Shown: positions 58,203 to 64,000 of the stretch, in pieces
Layout of the letters: each line of letters starts with the position of its first letter
Position numbering within the stretch: the stretch's first letter is position 1
From: Candidatus Omnitrophota bacterium
GTDB lineage: Bacteria; Omnitrophota; Gorgyraeia; Gygaellales; Profunditerraquicolaceae
DNA length: 64,000 nt
NCBI GenBank assembly: GCA_025453395.1
Contig: JALOQK010000006.1
Span: 22,539 to 86,538 of the forward strand
Direction: 5' to 3'
The notes under the pieces: model-generated
The model's database searches: none
What the model was told of the DNA's origin: nothing
What the model saw: only the letters and a program-made list of their open reading frames with translations
Position numbers and translations under genes: made by a program

Positions 58203-59710
58203 TTTCTCTTGCCTTTCACAATCGCCACGCAAAAACCAACAAGCGCGAAAACCGAAATCAACTCCAGTCTCCCCGCCCACATTTCAATAATATAGGTCAC
58301 CTTTAATATGGATGGCATACTTGTATCAGTTATGCCGCAGGAAAGCCCAACGTTAGCGGCAGCAGATGTTGACTCAAAAAGAGCCTCTAAGAAAGGATAG
58401 CCTAATGCTACACCTACAAGAGTGCCTAATCCATAAAGAAAGAAATACCCGAGGGTAACAATGAAAACCGCGCGCACTTGTTTATCTTCAATAAACACAG
58501 TTTTTATGTGATGGAACTTCTCTACGACAATCGCGCTTGAAGAAAGCATAGTTCTTTTTATGTCCTGCCGGAATGCTTTATAAATAATCCCCACGCGCAG
58601 CATTTTAACACCGCCTGCCGTAGAACAGACACAGCCGCCCAAGGCCATACTAAGAATTATCCCGGTTAAGGCTAAATCCCCCCATTCTTTAATAAACTGT
58701 TGGGCATATATAGTCATATAGCCAGTTGTGGTTTGACCTGAAATAACCTGAAAGAACCCTTTACGAAAAAGCACCATACCGTCAGAATAAACACCAAATC
58801 TTTCCAAACCAGCCAGAGTGATCAAAGTAACGATCATCGCGACAAACAATAAAGTCCGCATTTCAATATTTTTACATATTTCCTTAAAATTCCCTCTCCA
58901 GATCTGATAATGCAGGTTAAAATTAAATGAACCAATAACCATGAAGAAAATCGTAACAATCTCAAACATGAGGCTGTGATAATAAAGTATGTTCGGGGAT
59001 TGCGGAGAAAAACCAGCGGTATCAAATCCGGCCATAAAAATACAAACTGCGTGAAAAAAAGCGCTTTGCGGTTTTAGGCCAATAGATATTCCCACTAGGC
59101 CTAAAATAATTGCGCCTAAGATTAAATACGCTATGCTAATAACCCAGATAAAACGCGCTGTACCAATAACATTGGGAACCAATTTCTCATCGCGCGCCTC
59201 ACCAAAATATAGATTTAATGACCCACCTGCGCCGCTAACCAAAAATGAAATCGCAACAATAGCAATACCCTGCCCTCCAAGAAAGGGCCCTAAGTGCCGC
59301 CACAAATTGTGCGTTCGTGACAGGTGGTCTAAATCCTGTACAAGCGTCAAGCCTGTTGTAGTAAAACCAGACATAGTTTCAAAACAAGCATCAAGAAAAG
59401 ATTTATAATGCCCGCTTAGTAATAAAGGGATAGCGCTAAGCGCCATTGCCAAAAGCCACGAAAGAGCAATAACTACCATTGCCGGACCAATATGCAAATT
59501 CTTATTAGTTTTGCATAGCCAGCTTAAAACTAAACCAATAAATATCGCTATATTAGCGCTTATTAAGAAATCCAAAGCCGGATCAGGCTCATGGAATAAA
59601 ATAACTCCGGCAATAAATGGTAAAAACATGGTCAAACCAATACCGAGAATTATTCTCCCCAGATAATAGCAAATATTCTTAATATCGTTTAGTTCGGGCT
59701 TGAGTATCAT
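58199..59710 (-). CDS. trkH: Trk/Ktr-type potassium uptake membrane subunit
   Basis: 503 aa with repeated M-P-M modules and selectivity-filter-like glycines (TTTGLT, TTTGY, GLSCG), as in the TrkH/KtrB family. Confidence 0.8.
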   Translation of the reverse strand: MILKPELNDIKNICYYLGRIILGIGLTMFLPFIAGVILFHEPDPALDFLISANIAIFIGLVLSWLCKTNKNLHIGPAMVVIALSWLLAMALSAIPLLLSGHYKSFLDACFETMSGFTTTGLTLVQDLDHLSRTHNLWRHLGPFLGGQGIAIVAISFLVSGAGGSLNLYFGEARDEKLVPNVIGTARFIWVISIAYLILGAIILGLVGISIGLKPQSAFFHAVCIFMAGFDTAGFSPQSPNILYYHSLMFEIVTIFFMVIGSFNFNLHYQIWRGNFKEICKNIEMRTLLFVAMIVTLITLAGLERFGVYSDGMVLFRKGFFQVISGQTTTGYMTIYAQQFIKEWGDLALTGIILSMALGGCVCSTAGGVKMLRVGIIYKAFRQDIKRTMLSSSAIVVEKFHHIKTVFIEDKQVRAVFIVTLGYFFLYGLGTLVGVALGYPFLEALFESTSAAANVGLSCGITDTSMPSILKVTYIIEMWAGRLELISVFALVGFCVAIVKGKRK

Positions 59711-59828
59711 AATAAAGTCCCAATAAACAGATGCCAGAGCATAAAATACTCTGGCGCTTAAATAAATCTAACCTATCTTTGTATTTGTTCTATTAAATTA
59801 CGATACGCTTGGCAAGCTAGAAAGACAA

Positions 59829-59846
59829 GTCAAAAAAAGGTCAAAA
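59829..59846 (-). promoter_or_regulatory. direct repeat TTTTGAC x2 with 11-bp periodicity upstream of trkH (candidate OmpR/KdpE-type binding site)
   Basis: Minus strand: gTTTTGACcttTTTTTGACttg, ~120 nt upstream of the trkH ATG. A 7-bp hairpin GCCAGAG-9nt-CTCTGGC sits between this repeat and the ATG. Confidence 0.3.
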
Positions 59847-59853
59847 CCAGCAG

Positions 59854-60555
59854 TTAATCATCAAAATGCAGGCGGTAGCCTATGCCGGGCTCAGTAAGAA
59901 TATAGGTTGGCCGGTCCGGGTTAGGTTCAATTTTACCGCGCAGATTACTCATTGTTACGCGCAAAAGATGCAGGATCCCTTCGTAATCTTCTGTTTTATC
60001 CCACACCTGACGCAGAATCTGTTTATGGGTAAGGACTTTACCAATGTTTAAAAAAAGAAGTTTTAAGATATCATATTCAGTGGGAGATAAATTGATTTCT
60101 TTACCTTCAACTGTTACTCTGCGGCTTATAACATCCATAACAAGTTTACCCAAGCGCAAAGTTTCCTCCTCTTCTAAAGGCAAAAGCCGGCGCATCACTG
60201 CTTTTAGGCGCGCCAGCAATTCTCCAACAGAGAAAGGTTTGGTTAAATAATCATCTGCTCCGGCATCAAGTGCGGCAATCTTCTCAAGAGGGTCATCTCT
60301 TACTGATAACACAATGACTGGGATTTTCGCGCGTTTGCGGATCTTCGTTATAACTTCCCTCCCATCAATATCAGGAAGCCCCAAATCAAGAATAATAACA
60401 TCCGGATGCGCGCTAACTGATTCGGTTAACGCATCTTTACCTGTCTGCGCTTCAAAAACGCTGTACCCGTAAGCACCAAGAGACGCCTTAAGAAAACTGC
60501 GTATGGATTTCTCATCATCTACCACAAGAATTCTTAAATTATTCTGTTCTACCAT
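59854..60555 (-). CDS. kdpE: OmpR-family response regulator, KdpE-like
   Basis: REC domain (ILVVDDE, IILDLGLPDIDG, KPF) plus a winged-helix output domain. Similar to KdpE across the whole length. Confidence 0.8.
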   Translation of the reverse strand: MVEQNNLRILVVDDEKSIRSFLKASLGAYGYSVFEAQTGKDALTESVSAHPDVIILDLGLPDIDGREVITKIRKRAKIPVIVLSVRDDPLEKIAALDAGADDYLTKPFSVGELLARLKAVMRRLLPLEEEETLRLGKLVMDVISRRVTVEGKEINLSPTEYDILKLLFLNIGKVLTHKQILRQVWDKTEDYEGILHLLRVTMSNLRGKIEPNPDRPTYILTEPGIGYRLHFDD

Positions 60556-60562
60556 TATATTT

Positions 60563-61588
60563 TTACTCCAATGGAAGCTCTATAATAAATGTTGTACCTT
60601 TACCAAAGACGCTTTCCGCACTAATATGCCCGCCATGGGCCTCAATAATATTCTTTGAAATACTCAAACCTAAGCCCGTCCCCGAGATGTTTTGCACGCT
60701 CTGGATCCGGTAAAATTTATCAAAAATGCGTCCCAAGTCTTCGCTAGGGATACCGCATCCATAATCTTTTATCGAAACACGTACTTTATCACCCATGCAA
60801 AAAGCCTCAATTTCAATAAGAGAGCCATCTGGAGAATATTTTAAAGCATTATCAATAATATTTAATAAGGCCTTTAACATATACGGAAAATCCACTGCCA
60901 CTTCGGGCATATCCTTAGGGATGTTTATTTTTATCTGACGGCTGGCTATCTTATCTTTTAACTGTTCAAGACAGGAGCCGATAAAATCCCGTAAATCACA
61001 GGGCTTCTTAGAAATCCGCAGCACTCCGGATTCTGTCCGGGCCATATCCAAAAGGTTATTTACAATATGATTTAACCTGCCGGATTCGCTATGGGCAGTT
61101 TCCAAAAGTTCATTTTCTTGCTGTGGGGAAAGATTTGATTTATTATCTAAAAGCGCGCTTAAGGTTCCGGTAATAGAAACAAGCGGAGTTTTTAGATCAT
61201 GTGAGATTGAGTTCAAAAGCGCTGTATGAAGCTTTTCCGTCTGACGTTGGATAATATGCGATCTTACTTTTGAAGCAAGTGTGCTTACGGTAAGCCCGAC
61301 TGCTAAAAAAGCTGCAAAGGTAAAAAGATACTCTATATCGTGGACATTCAGAGTAAGATACGGCGGGATCAAAAAGAAATCAAAAACAAGAACACTTAAT
61401 ATTGAAGTTAATATAGCCGGCCCTTGCCCCCAACGAATGGCAACTATTACTACCGCCAGAAGATAAAACATCACTATATTAGTCGGCTCAAGCCTTCTTT
61501 TAACAACTTCACCCAACAAGGTTATGATAAAAACAAGGCTCACGCTTATAAGATAGGGATAAATCTTACTACGCAAATTCTTTTGCAT
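60563..61588 (-). CDS. sensor histidine kinase corresponding to the C-terminal TM + kinase core of KdpD (no N-terminal KdpD/Usp/GAF sensor domains)
   Basis: TM region FYLLAVVIVAIRWGQGPAILTSILSVLVFDFFLIPPYLTLNVHDIEYLFTFAAFL matches the last TM helices of KdpD. HisKA follows directly (SISHDLKTPL), then HATPase (GTGLGLSISKNIIEAHGG). 341 aa. Confidence 0.75.
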   Translation of the reverse strand: MQKNLRSKIYPYLISVSLVFIITLLGEVVKRRLEPTNIVMFYLLAVVIVAIRWGQGPAILTSILSVLVFDFFLIPPYLTLNVHDIEYLFTFAAFLAVGLTVSTLASKVRSHIIQRQTEKLHTALLNSISHDLKTPLVSITGTLSALLDNKSNLSPQQENELLETAHSESGRLNHIVNNLLDMARTESGVLRISKKPCDLRDFIGSCLEQLKDKIASRQIKINIPKDMPEVAVDFPYMLKALLNIIDNALKYSPDGSLIEIEAFCMGDKVRVSIKDYGCGIPSEDLGRIFDKFYRIQSVQNISGTGLGLSISKNIIEAHGGHISAESVFGKGTTFIIELPLE

Positions 61589-61625
61589 GTATTACGGTTA
61601 GTTTTGTTATTTTTATACTGCCTTT

Positions 61626-62258
61626 TTAATGCACTAAGTGTTTAATCATCATATAACCACCAACAAGCGCGACGACAAATAAAATAGATATCAAATCAAA
61701 ATATTTCTCTATAAATTTACTTATTTTCTCTCCAAAGATACGCAACATCCCTGCTACTAAGAAAAACCTCCCTGCCCTGCCCAAAATAGAAGCGACAACC
61801 AAAATAGTAAGGGAAATCCTGAAAACCCCCGCGGCAATAGTGAAAACTTTATAAGGAATAGGCGTAAAGGCAGCCGAAAAAATAGCCATAAAGGCATTAT
61901 CAGCGTACATCTTGCCAACGGCCTCAAACTGCCTCTCAAAGTGATAAAATGATACGATCCATTTACCTATGGTTTCAAACAAGCTCCAGCCGATAAAATA
62001 ACCCAATAGCGCTCCCGATATTGAGCCAATAGTGCAGATAAGAGCGTAGCTAAACCATCTCTCTCTTCGGGAAATTACCATCGCGATCAACAAAACATCA
62101 GGAGGGATAGGAAAAAATGAGCTCTCGATAAATGCTATAGCAAATAAGGCAACTGGCGCCTGCGGTGTTTTGGCCCAATGCAAGGTCCAATCGTAAAGCC
62201 TGCGTAATAACTTTAATGGGAACAACACAATAGCCTTTACTGAATCAACAAAATTCAT
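61626..62258 (-). CDS. DedA/YqaA-family membrane protein
   Basis: IAFIESSFFPIPPDVLLIAMV is the YqaA/DedA signature. Start taken at MNFVDS. Confidence 0.6.
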   Translation of the reverse strand: MNFVDSVKAIVLFPLKLLRRLYDWTLHWAKTPQAPVALFAIAFIESSFFPIPPDVLLIAMVISRRERWFSYALICTIGSISGALLGYFIGWSLFETIGKWIVSFYHFERQFEAVGKMYADNAFMAIFSAAFTPIPYKVFTIAAGVFRISLTILVVASILGRAGRFFLVAGMLRIFGEKISKFIEKYFDLISILFVVALVGGYMMIKHLVH

Positions 62259-62274
62259 TTTTTCCCTTTCTTTT

Positions 62275-62511
62275 TCAATAATTAAATAGGTCATCAATGC
62301 GATATTGCTTGCACGTTGCCTTATTAAGCGCGTTAAGAACCTTCTTTTTAGTGTTTGGGGTCAAGCGCCTGCCCTTGACTGCGCGGCTGACCATCTTATG
62401 AGTCAACTGATCAGTTGAATTACTCACCAGATCCGACGGCTTAAATCCATGCTCAAACATAATCTTAGCAATCGGCTGTTCACCCAAATCTCTTTTAATA
62501 TCGTCATTCAT
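62275..62511 (-). CDS. small XRE/HigA-like HTH protein, hypothetical
   Basis: The segment LTHKMVSRAVKGRRLTPNTKKKVLNALN follows the pattern of an XRE-type recognition helix and turn. 78 aa. Confidence 0.35.
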   Translation of the reverse strand: MNDDIKRDLGEQPIAKIMFEHGFKPSDLVSNSTDQLTHKMVSRAVKGRRLTPNTKKKVLNALNKATCKQYRIDDLFNY

Positions 62512-62522
62512 TAGTTACCCTT

Positions 62523-62915
62523 TTATTCACGCGCTATTTCATTTACCGCAAACATTCCCGGGACTGAATCTTTATCTACTATGTATGCGCAGGCAATTCT
62601 TTCTTCGCAGCTAAATACAACAATGTTGAATTGTTGATCAGTAATATTCTCAATCGGCAGGTTTACTGTCATGGCTTTCTTACCGGCATAAGAAGAAATA
62701 TCATACCCTCCCTGCTGACAAACACTCTTCAGAATTGCTTCATACTGCCCGTTAAATTCTGTTGGGATTTTGGTTTCGTATGGCTGAATATCCGTGGAAA
62801 TTTGTATATTTAATCTTTCCAGCTCCGCGAGAATCACATCTTTATCCGAAGCTAACAATAAACTTATTGGCATCAACATAAACACTAATATTGCTGTTAT
62901 CCAAAGTTTTTTCAT
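62523..62915 (-). CDS. secreted hypothetical protein
   Basis: Signal peptide MKKLWITAILVFMLMPISLLLA. 130 aa. No recognisable domain. Confidence 0.4.
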   Translation of the reverse strand: MKKLWITAILVFMLMPISLLLASDKDVILAELERLNIQISTDIQPYETKIPTEFNGQYEAILKSVCQQGGYDISSYAGKKAMTVNLPIENITDQQFNIVVFSCEERIACAYIVDKDSVPGMFAVNEIARE

Positions 62916-62932
62916 ACATCCTCCCGAAGTTA

Positions 62933-63295
62933 CTATTTTAATATTTCTTCATCCTTCTTCTCCCACGCCGGGTCTACAATACATAAAAATTCCAACATCT
63001 TTTTCCCTGTATTCTTAATATATTGCACCGCATGCGGCCGGATATAGACTGAATCTCCTGGTCCGACGACGCACGATTTGTTATCTATATGCATCAATGC
63101 TTTACCTTTTATTATGTAATAAACTTCACTATGCTTAAGCCGGTGTGGAGAGCTTGCCCTGCCTGAAGGTAGCTTTGCATGCGCAAGGCTATAACGAAAA
63201 GTAAAATCCCCTTTATCCCGATGCAACAACTCTCGCAATATAACTCCATCACCAGAAATAAATTCCGGGCAATCTTTTAATTTCTTCACAAACAT
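62933..63295 (-). CDS. cupin domain protein
   Basis: Cupin_2-like core with HRLKHSEVYYIIKGKALMHID...GPGDSVYIRPHAVQYIKNTG (two His-containing motifs). Confidence 0.7.
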   Translation of the reverse strand: MFVKKLKDCPEFISGDGVILRELLHRDKGDFTFRYSLAHAKLPSGRASSPHRLKHSEVYYIIKGKALMHIDNKSCVVGPGDSVYIRPHAVQYIKNTGKKMLEFLCIVDPAWEKKDEEILK

Positions 63296-63336
63296 ATTCT
63301 TGCTCCTCTATTTATCTAACCCATTATGCCTTTATT

Positions 63337-64000
63337 TCAATACGGCCATTTCCAACTGCGGATTTCTGGCAAATCTTGACCGCTGGTAGTTATATACTGC
63401 CTGTGTTCAATAAGTTTATTATGCAGCCAATCTTTAACATGGGCAGCTTTATTCTTGAGGCTTTCCACACGGTCGATCACGTCGTCAGCCAAATTAAAAC
63501 GATCAAGTTCATTTAATACTGCCATATCAAATGGGGTAGTGGTCGTGCCCTCTTCTTTATAACCGCGCACATGCACATTATTGTGATTAGTGCGCCGGTA
63601 AATCAAACGATGCACCAGCCACGGATAACCATGAAAGGCAAAGATCACCGGCTTATCAATTGTAAACAAACTGTCAAAATCTTTATCCGAAAGCCCATGC
63701 GGATGCTCACTCTGCGGCTGAAGCGTCATCAAATCAACTACGTTCACAACGCGAATCTTTAGATCCGGGAATTTCTGCCGTAAAATATCTACTGCCGCCA
63801 AAGTCTCTAAAGTCGGCACATCACCGGCGCAAGCCATAACCACATCCGGCTCTTGGCCATGGTCATTACTTGCCCAATCCCAAATGCCTATACCTTTAGT
63901 GCAATGCTGGATCGCGGAATCCATATCCAAATACTGCAATCCGGGATGTTTTCCGGCGATTATCACATTTACATAATTACGGCTTTTCAAACAGTGGTCT
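63337..64000 (-). CDS. xfp: phosphoketolase (Xfp), C-terminal part; N-terminus beyond window end
   Basis: [43 protein letters not shown] and the C-terminal WKWPY match the phosphoketolase C-terminal domain. The frame stays open to position 64000. Confidence 0.8.
   Translation of the reverse strand, partial: DHCLKSRNYVNVIIAGKHPGLQYLDMDSAIQHCTKGIGIWDWASNDHGQEPDVVMACAGDVPTLETLAAVDILRQKFPDLKIRVVNVVDLMTLQPQSEHPHGLSDKDFDSLFTIDKPVIFAFHGYPWLVHRLIYRRTNHNNVHVRGYKEEGTTTTPFDMAVLNELDRFNLADDVIDRVESLKNKAAHVKDWLHNKLIEHRQYITTSGQDLPEIRSWKWPY

Noticed and set aside
59741-59763. The hairpin GCCAGAG-9nt-CTCTGGC as an intrinsic terminator for kdpE.
   Set aside because: No U-tract follows it on the minus strand, and it lies ~90 nt downstream of the kdpE stop, beyond the TTTTGAC direct repeat. 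It is more likely a leader structure or fortuitous.
1-64000. rRNA, tRNA, transposase, integrase or prophage genes marking a mobile island.
   Set aside because: I found none. There are no tRNA-like cloverleaf candidates in the few intergenic gaps, no IS terminal repeats, and gene content is chromosomal housekeeping and transport.

Overview
This is a dense, low-GC stretch of bacterial chromosome with Gram-negative envelope hallmarks (TolC-family proteins, AsmA, an OMP ending in Phe). I could support about 60 CDS, and every one is on the minus strand; the plus-strand ORFs in the track are all antisense shadows. I saw no rRNA, tRNA, CRISPR array, transposase or integrase.

Most of the window is recognisable core metabolism and transport. 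On top of that there are five more unusual loci, the last two weaker:
- A full-length EF-G paralog carrying an N-terminal TM helix, a ~290-aa coiled-coil/acidic linker, then the EF-G domains.
- A six-subunit complex-I/group-4-hydrogenase-like operon whose large subunit lacks the [NiFe] cysteine ligands (Ehr-like), next to a DUF2339 giant membrane protein.
- An XRE-HTH–TM–TolC/OEP fusion heading an EmrAB-like efflux operon.
- A stand-alone Cas4/RecB-like nuclease beside a DenV-type pyrimidine-dimer glycosylase.
- A mini-KdpD/KdpE two-component pair placed upstream of trkH instead of kdpFABC.

Three non-coding structures stand out. The csp gene has a ~256-nt leader with three GC-rich hairpins, one of them terminator-like. 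The putative nik promoter carries a perfect GTGTTAC-N13-GTAACAC palindrome over its -10 element. A ~128-nt CCAAT/ATTGG-rich imperfect palindrome sits inside a glycan-modification cluster.

Identified genes, in window order (all minus strand):
- CheY-like receiver (partial), small membrane protein, DUF362 Fe-S protein, AsmA-family protein, pgi, GT-C-like membrane protein, class A beta-lactamase-like hydrolase, LysM-amidase, M42 peptidase, DAHP synthase, purH, CPA2 antiporter–EIIA(Fru) fusion, second GT-C-like membrane protein, greA, flavodoxin/ferredoxin.
- Glycan cluster: GT2, a split mini-transketolase, a Zn-ribbon C-methyltransferase-like protein, an SDR epimerase.
- One block from lipA to nikR: lipA, an LplA-family protein, gcvPB, gcvPA, gcvH, gcvT, then cbiO, cbiQ, cbiMN, a porin and nikR.
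- macB–macA–tolC, then an EmrB-like MFS pump with an HlyD adaptor.
- DEAD-box helicase, NMO/FabK-like oxidoreductase, cspA-like cold-shock gene.
- 3' end: trkH, DedA/YqaA, a small XRE-like protein, a secreted protein, a cupin, phosphoketolase (partial).
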